Shown here: positions 22,261-34,292 of the stretch, in pieces
Layout of the letters: every line of letters starts with the position of its first letter
How positions within the stretch are numbered: the stretch's first letter is position 1
From: Octopus bimaculoides
Taxonomy: Eukaryota
Assembly (NCBI RefSeq): GCF_001194135.2
Contig: NC_068998.1
Span: 9,698,405-9,735,010, forward strand
Length of the DNA stretch: 36,606 bases
Direction of reading: 5' to 3'
The notes under the pieces: generated by a model
What the model was told of the DNA's origin: nothing
Databases searched by the model: none
What the model saw: the letters and a program-made list of their open reading frames with translations, nothing else
Made by a program: the position numbers and the translations under genes

Positions 22261-22656
22261 AATTATTTCCGAAATGGAAGAATTTGTATTCAATACTAGG
22301 AGACAATTAATTAAGCAGCGTCCTTGTTGTAGACAAGTCTAGTCCAAGTCTAGTCGTGGCTTTACAGAGTGAACGCTCCTGAATGGTCCACGGAAGGGAA
22401 AACTATCCGCTTTAATTGCCTTCGCACGGTGTTTGCCAGCTCTGGTTCCTACTCTGCTCTACCATCTCCTGGTATTTTACAAGCATCCTCTTGTGAGTTT
22501 CCTCCATGTGTTCTTCCTGGAGTACTGTTAGTTCTTACATGATCGCCGGAATTCAAGATCATTACATCTAATCGAGTATTCATATCCTACAAACTTCAAA
22601 CCTAATGCATGTGCCAAATTTTAAATGTGTCTAATCTTTCCTGTTTTTCGTTTCAG

Positions 22657-22791
22657 GGAATACACAATATCAGTGATTATCCTATCACATTCCATTACGT
22701 CTCACCAAAGGATATGCATTCGTTAGAGTATTACGTATATCACTTACGACCCTTTGGCATAGTATCAGGGGCCCAAGATTTGAATGTCTGA
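22657..22791 (+). CDS. C1GALT1: C1GALT1-like coding exon 3 (C-terminus, stop TGA)
   Basis: Acceptor TTTCAG at 22651-56. GIHNISDYPITFHYVSPKDMHSLEYYVYHLRPFG matches the T-synthase SFHYV...LEYLVYHLRPYG motif. Confidence 0.93.
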   Translation, partial: GIHNISDYPITFHYVSPKDMHSLEYYVYHLRPFGIVSGAQDLNV

Positions 22792-22829
22792 AAAATATAA
22801 TTTATATATATATATATATATAAATTATA

Positions 22830-22839
22830 AATAAATAAA
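22830..22839 (+). promoter_or_regulatory. Possible polyadenylation signal (overlapping AATAAA hexamers)
   Basis: AATAAA at 22830 and 22834, ~40 nt after the stop; the AT-rich context makes a chance occurrence likely. Confidence 0.25.
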
Positions 22840-23332
22840 AAAAAATTCAATTTGGTTTTCTTTTAGTTTTTTTATGAAATATATATATATAAATATGTGT
22901 GTGTGTATATATATATACATACATATATATTTATATATATGTATATATATACATATATAAACATATACATATATACACATATGATAGATATATATATATA
23001 CATATTTCTATGTATTTATATATATATATTCATTTAAAACTGGGTTGTATTTTTTGTTTTTTTTTTTGTCTTTTTTTTTTAGTTTCTTGTAATTTATAAC
23101 AGATTTTCTGAGAATTAACAAACAATGGAAAATTTCGAAATTTTTTGTTTTTCTCTTTCCCTCTCCCTCTTCTTCTTTCTATCTATCTCTGTCTCTCACT
23201 CACTCTCATCCCCCCCTCTCTCACTTTTTTTTAATTTTTCTACAAAACTTTACGAATATGAAGGGACACAACTTTTACTGAAATATTTTCTGTGATGAAA
23301 ATTCCATTTACAATATTTTTTGTATTGTTTCA

Positions 23333-23376
<44 letters not shown>

Positions 23377-23646
23377 TATTATACACACACACACACACAC
23401 ATACACATATGTGTGTATGTACATATATTATGTAAAAAGGACAATAAGGGATTTGGTGCTGGGTTTTGCTAATAAAAATAAAATTTTTTTAAAAATCTAC
23501 TTGTGTCTATTTTATCAGTGTATGTCTGTACCTGTGACGTTTTGTGAGGGCATATATATGTGAAACTATTTTGTGTATTTGTATATTGATGAAAAATATT
23601 AATGGTTTATTTCATTTTAACCTCAGCGTTTAATCTCTTTATATGT

Positions 23647-23687
23647 CTAAACCGTTGTTTCGACATTGTGTCATCTTCAGTGTTTAG
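23647..23687 (-). ncRNA. Degenerate minimal type I hammerhead ribozyme motif
   Basis: Minus strand: CUAAACA-CUGAAGA-U-GACA(CAA)UGUC-GAAA-CAACG-GUUUAG. The core, stem II and a 6-bp stem I are intact; the cleavage triplet region is decayed. Confidence 0.55.
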
Positions 23688-24637
23688 CATTTCAGAAAAT
23701 GCTGTAACTGTATCAAACAATCATACTATATTCGGCAAGATGTGATGAAAATAATAGATTATGAAAATATTTCAAGAAAATTAAAGCCTAAAGGAGCAGT
23801 CTAATGCTTTATAGTATTACCTCTTCGTTGTCGTCGTCGTAGTGGGGGATTCTGGTGATGATGATGATGATGAGGAGGAGGAGGAGGAGGAGGAGGAGGA
23901 AGATGATGATTACGATGATAGCTGTTGTGGGTAGCGGCCGCGGTGGCGAAGAAGATAATAACAACGAAGATGGCGAAGACGATGAAGATGATGACGACAA
24001 CGTTGTTATTCTTATTCTCATTCTTAATAAAATAAACGTAATCTGAGAACCAACAACAATAGCAACAGCAGCAGGTGGGTAATCACGAAATAACACTTGT
24101 ATTGTCATTGATTACTTTCATATGTTGCTCACAACCAATAAATATGTCTGTCTTTCTATGTTTGTTATTCCTTTTCCTTGACAATGTGTTGGTGTTAAAG
24201 GTAACATGGATGACGCGGTGGAGGACGAAGATGAGGATGGTGATAGATAAGGCAATATCTGTATGGCAGAAAAAAATAATGCGACGTTCAAATTAGTTAT
24301 TAAATTTGACATTATTAAGAAGCGAGAGAAACGTGTTCGTCATCCAATCCGTAATGTTGACAAGTTAGGAGTAGATCCCTGTAAACTTTTGGTAGGATTC
24401 CAACAGGTATTAGAGAGAGAAAAGTTCCAGAGAACGGCAAAACTATGGTCTTTTAATAGTCTGCAAGATCGTCGTCTCTACTGAGATGTTTCATAAATGT
24501 TGTGATCGAAAAAGAATTAAAAAAGATGATTCCGAAAAGATTGATGATGTGCGCTTCAAATAATATAATACATGTATAAAATAATATGTAGATACAAAAA
24601 ATACATCAATATATATATATATATGCATATAAATCAA

Positions 24638-24677
<40 letters not shown>

Positions 24678-24776
24678 TATAAATCATATAAAATATACAT
24701 ATATACATACATAGACACACATATATATATATATATACGTATATATACATACACATATACGTATACAAACATATGC

Positions 24777-24814
<38 letters not shown>

Positions 24815-26064
24815 ATGTATGTATATACGCATGTGTATATACAAGTGTATATTCTATGGTGGATAACAATGAAAGTTAACTTTCCAATTTTCTTTACCTT
24901 CAGCCGACGGGAAATAAATATTGCAATCTTTGTAAAGGTGATGATAATAATAATGATAATAATAATAATTTATTACAATAAGTGATGCAGTATTTTTGTG
25001 TGTATGTAGATAGATGTATGTATGTATGTATATATATATACATACGTACATACATACATACATACATTTATATATAATGTATAATATACCTGCAACATCT
25101 ATAAACATAAACCCACACATAAACACGTTTTTATACGCTCAATATATGCATATATATATTTATGTATGTCCATGTAAATGTGCGTTATGTTTTATATAAA
25201 AATTGTACCTATATGTGTGCGTGTGTATATGTCTCTATGTGTATATATNNNNNNNNNNNNNNNNNNNNNNNNNNNNNNNNNNNNNNNNNNNNNNNNNNNN
25301 NNNNNNNNNNNNNNNNNNNNNNNNNNNNNNNNNNNNNNNNNNNNNNNNNNNNNNNNNNNNNNNNNNNNNNNNNNNNNNNNNNNNNNNNNNNNNNNNNNNN
25401 NNNNNNNNNNNNNNNNNNNNNNNNNNNNNNNNNNNNNNNNNNNNNNNNNNNNNNNNNNNNNNNNNNNNNNNNNNNNNNNNNNNNNNNNNNNNNNNNNNNN
25501 NNNNNNNNNNNNNNNNNNNNNNNNNNNNNNNNNNNNNNNNNNNNNNNNNNNNNNNNNNNNNNNNNNNNNNNNNNNNNNNNNNNNNNNNNNNNNNNNNNNN
25601 NNNNNNNNNNNNNNNNNNNNNNNNNNNNNNNNNNNNNNNNNNNNNNNNNNNNNNNNNNNNNNNNNNNNNNNNNNNNNNNNNNNNNNNNNNNNNNNNNNNN
25701 NNNNNNNNNNNNNNNNNNNNNNNNNNNNNNNNNNNNNNNNNNNNNNNNNNNNNNNNNNNNNNNNNNNNNNNNNNNNNNNNNNNNNNNNNNNNNNNNNNNN
25801 NNNNNNNNNNNNNNNNNNNNNNNNNNNNNNNNNNNNNNNNNNNNNNNNNNNNNNNNNNNNNNNNNNNNNNNNNNNNNNNNNNNNNNNNNNNNNNNNNNNN
25901 NNNNNNNNNNNNNNNNNNNNNNNNNNNNNNNNNNNNNNNNNNNNNNNNNNNNNNNNNNNNNNNNNNNNNNNNNNNNNNNNNNNNNNNNNNNNNNNNNNNN
26001 NNNNNNNNNNNNNNNNNNNNNNNNNNNNNNNNNNNNNNNNNNNNNNNNNNNNNNNNNNNNNNNN

Positions 26065-26105
<41 letters not shown>

Positions 26106-26717
26106 AGTATGTGTGTGTGTTAGTGTGTGTGTGTGCATTTGTTTGTGTGTATGCGCCTGCCTCTGTGTGTGTGTGTGTGTATGTGTGTGTTGATGCGTGG
26201 TCAAAAAAACTGTGTATAACGACTTATATCGTTCAACTGTCACTAGAATGTTTATCCATATCTTCTGCGCTGTCAATCTAGGAAGTACATAAAGCGGAGT
26301 TTTTAATTAATCTAACACCTTCGCATACACACATGTACGTACGCACGCACGCACGCACACACACACACACATGCACACACACTCACATTCACACACACAC
26401 ACACACATAGAGTCGCAAATATTTGAGCTTCCATATCTGGTTGCTTACGTACAATCATATATACAAATATACACGTAAGTAAATATAAACATATGTGTGT
26501 GTGTGTGTGTGTACATTCGTGCATGTATGTGGATGTGTGTGAGATATATATATATTATCACAAAAACGCACACAACCAATCGTATGTAATCAAGAACACT
26601 CTATACACACTTGTTTTGGAGCAACCATGAACAGATCACAAATATACATATACATATTTCTGTGTGTGTATGTGTATTCATGTATATATATATATATATT
26701 CATACACACACACACAC

Positions 26718-26765
<48 letters not shown>

Positions 26766-27280
26766 GTATATAAATGAATATATCACTATGGTATCTATGC
26801 TTTCCCTTCGTTTTGCATATATACACATATATATATATATTGTATTTCATACCCAAGCTGTTATATTTAATTTGCCCAAGTTGTTTATCCGCATAATTGC
26901 CTCCATGTCTGCTCAACTTGATCCCCCCTCATAGCTATTCTTTATCCGCTGAATTGCTCCCCCCGTGAAGACATCGGAGCCTAAGTGTCTTGTATGCTGA
27001 GAATCTCTGGATCTCACTTCTTGGGTATAGTCTTTTATTCCTTAATTCTTTTATACGTTTCAGCCCCAAGGCTGTTGCCGCCAGTGGTTCCTATGCCAGG
27101 AATCGAACCTGAGCTGCCTGGGTGACTGCAAGGAATATGCGTGTGTGTATGTGTGTGTGTGTGCGTGCATGTGTGTATTTNNNNNNNNNNNNNNNNNNNN
27201 NNNNNNNNNNNNNNNNNNNNNNNNNNNNNNNNNNNNNNNNNNNNNNNNNNNNNNNNNNNNNNNNNNNNNNNNNNNNNNNN

Positions 27281-27540
27281 ACTAATCGATTACATCGACC
27301 CCAGTGTTTCACTGGGGTCGATTTATTTCGAGGTCAATAAATTGACCTCGAAAGGATGAAAGGCTAAGTCGACCTCGGCGCAATTTGAGCTCAGAATGTA
27401 GCAATGGGCGAACCACAGAAAGCTCTATAATAATGGTTTCAAATTTTGCCACGATCAACGATTCTGGAGGGGTATGAGTCGATTACATTGACCCCAGTGT
27501 TCAATTTGAACTCAGAACGTAGCGACGGGCGAAATGCAGA
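27281..27540 (-). mobile_element. Two head-to-tail SINE family D copies (27281-27415; 27428-27540)
   Basis: Reverse complements match the family D body; the first is rearranged into a double hairpin and the second is internally deleted. Confidence 0.8.
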
Positions 27541-28462
27541 AAGCTTTATAATAATGTCATCTGATAAGTATTTCCATATTCGTTTCGCTTATTTGGGATA
27601 CCCAAGTGTATTTTTTCGTAATATCCCAAGTATATTTTTCGTATTTTTCCCTGATTGGCTTGGTTTCGTAAACAATTTCGCAGATTCGTGTACCTAAAGC
27701 CATAGACTACTCGAAGATTATTATGAAAGCTATTCAAAGTTCCAGTTTGTATACCGAAAAACTGCCAATTCTGTCTAATTAACAACATTTAAATCTTATC
27801 ATATGAGACAAAATATTCTCATATACAAATTAAACTCAAAAAGAGCGGCGAACCACGAGAAATAAACCGGGCTAATATTGTGAATAAATAATTCTCACAG
27901 TATTTTTTTTGTCCTCAAACACATTATTTCATATCAGATATAGATATAAATATTAATATTTTCACACTTTTAAGTATCAGTTAGGAGAATCAACGCTTTC
28001 TTGAGATTATATTCATACTTATCTCATAACAAAGAAAAAATTCAACTAGCCACGAATAAGAAAGCGAAGTAACATTAAATGAATTCATACTCTAAGTACT
28101 TCCTTTCTTCAAAAGCTATTTTTTCACGGCAAAATACATATATGCGTGTATGCATACGTGTGTGTGTGTTCATGGTCTCTAGCACTACTGTAAATGCCAC
28201 CATATATGTTCGTTCTAATCTCTCACGCGAATCAAACGGAGATAAAGCAAACCGCGAAGAAGTAACCGGTGTAACGTTTGAATAAATTTATTTCTTATAT
28301 TTCCTTTCACCGAAAATTCTTATTTGCTTGTTGAATGGTTTATTTTATTCTTTTCCTTTTTTTTTTTTTTCTCACAGATATAAGGATATAAATATTTATT
28401 TTTAATGTTTTCACGCTCTCAAATATCACTGCAAACACTACCACCACCAACACACACACATT

Positions 28463-28650
28463 GCCTAGTCGTTAGAGTGTTGCACGTACGATCGCAAGAT
28501 GGCGATTTCGATGCTTGGACCGGTTGGTGCGTAGTGTTCTTGAACAAAACACTTTATTTGTCACTTCGACATCTGATGTACGGCATATCAGTTTGATGGA
28601 CAGAGTGAGCTAATGTAACAACATAAATATTGGATCAATTCCCTTTCATC
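28463..28650 (+). mobile_element. Degenerate SINE family B/C head
   Basis: cctagtcgttagagtgttgcac..acgatcgcaagat..ttcgat...gtgttcttgaacaaaacactttattt is similar to 13840-13950. Confidence 0.55.
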
Positions 28651-29133
28651 GGTAGATCAAGAAATTAATTTTTTGTTACTATACACTTTCAAACTTCGGA
28701 CACTGGTAGAATGTCATATAAAACATCTTTTACTCTTAGCGTTTTTGAGAAAAGTTTCTATTTACGAAGTTATTTCGTGTTAAATTTGTCGTGTTTCGGT
28801 AATTTCAACCAATCAATGACATGTATTCAGCTGAATAAAACTACTGCTGTTGCTTGTCAACAACAACTTCCGGCGGTGTATAATTCGTTTGTCACTGTTA
28901 TTTATGACATCGTTCGTGCGTTTGTACTGGTTTTAGCTTTAGGGTTTTAGCTGTATGTGTGTGTGGGTGCGTTATACGCACGTGCTAGAATCGTGGAATT
29001 CATAGAGGAAAGGAAATAGTGTCGTATGCGGCATTTGTGGTTTTCTGAAGATAATTATCGAAAGAGAGAACTTTTCAACAGAATAACTCCACCCTTTATA
29101 ATAACAATATCATTAATAATAATAATAATAATG

Positions 29134-29197
<64 letters not shown>

Positions 29198-29463
29198 AGC
29201 CTTTTTTGTTAGCCACAAGGTCTCGAAGAAAATCAGAAAAACAGTAACAGACATTAAGCTTGATGTGTGGGATAAAACAGAGAAATTACACAAGAGTGAT
29301 AGGAAGGCTGACAGAAGTTATACAACGGGTGAAAGGATGAAAGGCNNNNNNNNNNNNNNNNNNNNNNNNNNNNNNNNNNNNNNNNNNNNNNNNNNNNNNN
29401 NNNNNNNNNNNNNNNNNNNNNNNNNNNNNNNNNNNNNNNNNNNNNNNNNNNNNNNNNNNNNNN

Positions 29464-29521
<58 letters not shown>

Positions 29522-29630
29522 ATAATCATAATATATATGTATGTATATATACGTCACACACACACATATAAGTGCATATATTCATATATGCAAGTGTATA
29601 TGTATGTATATACATGCATACATACATACA

Positions 29631-29661
<31 letters not shown>

Positions 29662-31348
29662 GTGACGAGAGAAAGTGTATTTCCGCACAGGAAGTAATAT
29701 ATGAGAAATTGTTTTGGTGTTTGAAAATGCTCCTGAATCTCAAAACGAGTTGTTTTTATATTTTGTCAGATTTATTCAAATACCAAACCGGTTTCAACAA
29801 TTTTCTTTTTTTCTTTTGCTTGTCAATGCTAAAAAGAAAGAAAGAAAGAAAGAAAACTGAATAATGACATACATACATACATGCATACATACACACACAC
29901 ACACACACATCTCAATTGTTATAATACTTGTGACATAGAATTTCTACATCGAAACATACAACAGTATATGTATTACATGATATCTCTACAACAGTTATCA
30001 AGATGTCTAACATCAGATGAATTCCTTCGAGAGAACTGCTAAGTACATTGAATACTAGTTTCTTTCTTTATTTTTTGATTACTTACAATTCAGTTCTCTT
30101 TGGTTTACGTATATACAAAATACACATAGATAGATAGATAGATAGATAGATGGTTATAGACATACATTCACATAGTTATATATATATGTGTGTGTGTGCA
30201 TATATAACCATACATATGTATGCACGTATTATATACACATATATATGTATGTATATATATATGTGTGTGTGTGCATACGAAGACCTATACGTATATATAC
30301 TTGTACACAATGTATATATGCTTATATAATTGTGTGTGCGCATGTGTAAATATATGTAAGTTTATACGCATACATGTGTGTATATACACACACGTAACAT
30401 GCATATATATGTATATCTGTCTATATATTATATATGTATGTATGTATGTACATATAGATATATGCATACACACACACACACACACACACATACATACATA
30501 TACATACAAAGATATATATATCTACACACATAACCCAGGTGTTAAAACGGGGGTAGCTGTTGANNNNNNNNNNNNNNNNNNNNNNNNNNNNNNNNNNNNN
30601 NNNNNNNNNNNNNNNNNNNNNNNNNNNNNNNNNNNNNNNNNNNNNNNNNNNNNNNNNNNNNNNNNNNNNNNNNNNNNNNNNNNNNNNNNNNNNNNNNNNN
30701 NNNNNNNNNNNNNNNNNNNNNNNNNNNNNNNNNNNNNNNNNNNNNNNNNNNNNNNNNNNNNNNNNNNNNNNNNNNNNNNNNNNNNNNNNNNNNNNNNNNN
30801 NNNNNNNNNNNNNNNNNNNNNNNNNNNNNNNNNNNNNNNNNNNNNNNNNNNNNNNNNNNNNNNNNNNNNNNNNNNNNNNNNNNNNNNNNNNNNNNNNNNN
30901 NNNNNNNNNNNNNNNNNNNNNNNNNNNNNNNNNNNNNNNNNNNNNNNNNNNNNNNNNNNNNNNNNNNNNNNNNNNNNNNNNNNNNNNNNNNNNNNNNNNN
31001 NNNNNNNNNNNNNNNNNNNNNNNNNNNNNNNNNNNNNNNNNNNNNNNNNNNNNNNNNNNNNNNNNNNNNNNNNNNNNNNNNNNNNNNNNNNNNNNNNNNN
31101 NNNNNNNNNNNNNNNNNNNNNNNNNNNNNNNNNNNNNNNNNNNNNNNNNNNNNNNNNNNNNNNNNNNNNNNNNNNNNNNNNNNNNNNNNNNNNNNNNNNN
31201 NNNNNNNNNNNNNNNNNNNNNNNNNNNNNNNNNNNNNNNNNNNNNNNNNNNNNNNNNNNNNNNNNNNNNNNNNNNNNNNNNNNNNNNNNNNNNNNNNNNN
31301 NNNNNNNNNNNNNNNNNNNNNNNNNNNNNNNNNNNNNNNNNNNNNNNN

Positions 31349-31690
31349 TGGCAGGGCATTGAAGAGCTGAGGTCCTCTGAAACCGAGACTGCTGCAGTAT
31401 CTTGTTCTTATGTGAGATGCAGTGGACGGCATCTTTGGCACCATGCAGTGGCGACCCATGCGGGCATTCCTGTAGTACTTGATGCCAAAGTTCGGCACCA
31501 GTCCTTCCAGTATTTTCCATATGTATATTATTACATATCTCTCCCGCCTGCGTTCCAGGGAGTAGAGACCTAGTGCCTGCAGTCGCTCCCTGTAGTTCAT
31601 CTTCTGGACTGTGGCGATCTTTTTTGTATAGTGCCTCTGAATTGCCTCGAGTTCTGCTGTCCGTTTGACACTGTGTGGTGACCACAACAT
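31349..31690 (-). mobile_element. CR1-type LINE ORF2 fragment (RT C-terminal part), 5'-truncated; 3' part lost in a gap
   Basis: LWSPHSVKRTAELEAIQRHYTKKI...NYRERLQALGLYSLERRRERYVIIYIWKILEGLVPN...GFRGPQLFNALP. Confidence 0.9.
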
Positions 31691-31771
31691 GACTTTATAT
31701 ATATATATATAAGGTTGAGGAGGGTATAATAATACCCTATGGATATAATAATAGATTACTTTATTTTTTCT

Positions 31772-31820
31772 GTCTCCGATGAAGGGAAGTACTGGATCTC
31801 CCCAGAAACAGCTGTAAGAC
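31772..31820 (+). ncRNA. Minimal type I hammerhead ribozyme motif (Penelope type) in a pLTR-like relic (~31712-31875)
   Basis: GUCU-CCGAUGA-A-GGGAAG(UACUGGAU)CUCCCC-A-GAAACAGCUGUA^AGAC. Stem I is GUCU/AGAC, stem III is the palindrome ACAGCUGU, and the predicted cut is GUA^ at 31816/31817. Confidence 0.7.
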
Positions 31821-32664
31821 TCTATCCATAAAATTCTTCAGCCTTACCTTTGCTCTCTTTATCTTTTTGTTTTTATATATTTACATATATATATATATAT
31901 ATATATATATACATGCATACAAATATATATATATATATACGTATTACATATGAGGGGAAGAATGATATAAGAGAGAAAGAGAACAAGAGAGAGACATAGA
32001 AAATAAAATTGCTTGTATGGAGAAGCAAAAACGTACTATTGCTAAACTTCTTTTTTTTAACCAATCAGCATTGAATTCCCAAACCAAACAATCAGCAAGA
32101 CAAAAAAAAAAAAAAACAAACAGAATCTCAATTGATATGATAACATCAACCTTGTTTCTCCTTATTTTGTCTCCAAATGAATGCTCCATGTTTCCCATCA
32201 TGCATAATATAGTCGTTGGCCATGTGTGACAAAGAAACAAACAATAAAGACGACATTATATCTTATCACTATATTATTTCCGTTGATGTTGTATCTACTG
32301 CTGCTTTTGTGGTTGTTGCTGTTCTTGTTCTTCTTCTTCTTGTCTAATATGTCGCTGGAGATGTACAATTTTATTGCATTCCAATGCGAAGTCTCAAGGT
32401 GGATATTATTATACCGCAGAAATGGTCTCTTAAAAAAGATAGATTCATATATAATTTTATTCTTTGTCCTTTTTTTTTTATCTTTTTATTTTTCATTTTA
32501 TTTATTTATTTATTTATTTATTTCAAGAACTCGACTTGGCGCGTCTTCTGATCCTTAAATTCCTGTTCCAAGTTGTAACGAGAATTAGATTAAACAAATA
32601 AGTATCGTAAAAGAGATATAAATATCTTCTTCGTCTTTGCTCTTCTTTTTTTCTACCAAAAATT

Positions 32665-32870
32665 TCCTGACCTAGCAGTGCTATATGAACGCGTTACCTG
32701 TTCGTGAAAAATTGTCCAGGTATGGAATATCAGTGCCACCGGCATGCCCAAGGTGCGGGCAGAACGATAAAACCGTCCTGCACGCTCTTGAACAGTGCCC
32801 GGAGCTTTCGGGCTTGATAATTTACGTAGAAGACGTGTTGTCGCATCTAGGAAGAGTACAGCTATCAGCT
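32665..32870 (+). mobile_element. L1/Tx1-clade LINE ORF2 fragment (zf-RVT region)
   Basis: QCYMNALPVREKLSRYGISVPPACPRCGQNDKTVLHALEQCP fits the ALP..KL..CPRC..ET..HAL..CP zf-RVT motif. Confidence 0.8.
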
Positions 32871-32871
32871 G

Positions 32872-33058
32872 TACTCAAGAAACAGGAAGAAAGAGAGAAA
32901 GTTGGGGCTAAAGAGTACAACAGGGGTCACCACCACCCCCTGCCGGAGCCTCGTGGAGCTTTAGGTTTTTTCGCTCAATAAATACACACAACGCCTTGTC
33001 TTGGAATCGAAACCGCAAAACTCCGACCGCGAGTCCGCTGCCCCAACCACTGGGCCTC
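32872..33058 (-). mobile_element. tRNA-derived SINE, head plus middle module
   Basis: ccaccaccccctgccggagcctcgtggagctttaggt..ttcgctcaataaa is nearly identical to 36528-36580. Confidence 0.8.
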
Positions 33059-33489
33059 ACACACACACACACACATACATATATATATAAAAAATGAAAA
33101 TGCATTTTTGATATACAGGACAGATAGACAAACTGTGCTGTGTAGTGCGCATGTGTGTATCTTAGGGTTATACTTGCTTCTTTCAAAATCTCTGTGAATT
33201 GTTATTCACACATTAACTCATGTAGTTTGAACTATAAAACATTAGGTAAAGAAACAGCTGATTCTTGCAATACACACATTTAAATCAAAACTTGACATCG
33301 ATCCTTAAAATACTACTATCGATCCCCAATTTAGTATTTTGCTAACATGGAAATCTTATATGGATCCCCAGGGATCATACAGACCCGGGTTGAGAAGTAC
33401 TGGTGTATAGCGTTCCCATAGCTATTAGCACAAACGTTTTAAGCAATGCTGTCCACCACGAACGTCAATGACCACACCAATATCCAATC

Positions 33490-34092
33490 AAAACTGGTTT
33501 CAAATTTTCGCACAAGGTCAGCAATTTTAGGGGAATGGGGTAAGTCGATTACATCGATCCCAGAGTTCATCTCATACTTAGTTTTATTGACCCCCGAAAT
33601 GGTGCAAAGCAAAGTCGACCATCGGCGATATTTGGACTCAGAACGTAAAGACGGACGAAATGCCGCTAAGCATTTCGCTCGGTATATTAATCCTTCTGCC
33701 AGCTTCACATTCAATTATTATTATTATTATTTCAATTTTTGGCCACAAGGGCAGCTTGGGAGAGGTGGGGATGAGTCGATTACATTGACCCCAGTGTTCA
33801 ACTGGTGCTTATTTTATCGACTCTGAAAGGATGAAAGGCAAAGTCGACCTCTGCAGGATTTGATCTTCGTATGTGAAGATGGACGAATTGCCGCTAAGAA
33901 TTTTGTCTGGTCTTCATAACGATTATGCCAGCACGCCACAACAGTAATAATAATAATAATAATAATAATCCTTTCTACTGCAGGTACAAGGTTTAAAATT
34001 GAGAGGGAGAGGATTTGTCGATTACATTGAGCCCAGTGTATCACTGGTACTCAACTCATCGACCCTGAAAGAATAAAACATAAACTCGACTT
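33490..34092 (-). mobile_element. Three head-to-tail SINE family D copies (33490-33710; 33716-33935; 33945-34092)
   Basis: Each shows a reverse-complement family D body; the copies are separated by (ATT)n/(AAT)n tails. Confidence 0.85.
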
Positions 34093-34132
34093 NNNNNNNN
34101 NNCAGCGTATATATATATATATATATATACAC

Positions 34133-34292
34133 ACGACAGGCTTCTTTCAGTTTCCGTCTCCGAAATCTACTCACAAGGCTTTGGTCGGCCTGAGGCTATA
34201 GTAGAAGACACTTGCCCGAGGTGCCACGCAGTAGGACTGAACCCGGAACCATGAAGTTGGTAAGCAAGCTACTTACCACACAGCAACTTCTG
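34133..34292 (-). mobile_element. SINE family A, 5' half
   Basis: The reverse complement matches the heads at 17619 and 35742. Confidence 0.85.

Noticed and set aside
24263-24484. 73-aa ORF MAEKNNATF...
   Set aside because: No recognisable motif or convincing splice context.
27061-27135. tRNA gene on the minus strand (B box GGTTCGATTCC)
   Set aside because: No A box or cloverleaf; at most a SINE head fragment.
29035-29055. CTGAAGA...GAAA hammerhead-like match
   Set aside because: The palindrome overlaps the core and stems I and III cannot form.
2823-31690. Many long ORFs in the track composed of X runs or YI/CV/poly-residue repeats
   Set aside because: They are artefacts of N gaps and of (TA)n, (CA)n, (GAT)n or (AAG)n microsatellites; there is no protein-like sequence except the LINE parts already listed.
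33360-33402. hAT/MITE-like terminus (..cccgggttgagaagtactg)
   Set aside because: The matching opposite TIR and TSD were not found.
14752-34092. All family D SINEs inside the gene are plus-strand and all downstream ones are minus-strand
   Set aside because: Only six independent clusters (4 versus 2), too few to distinguish from chance.
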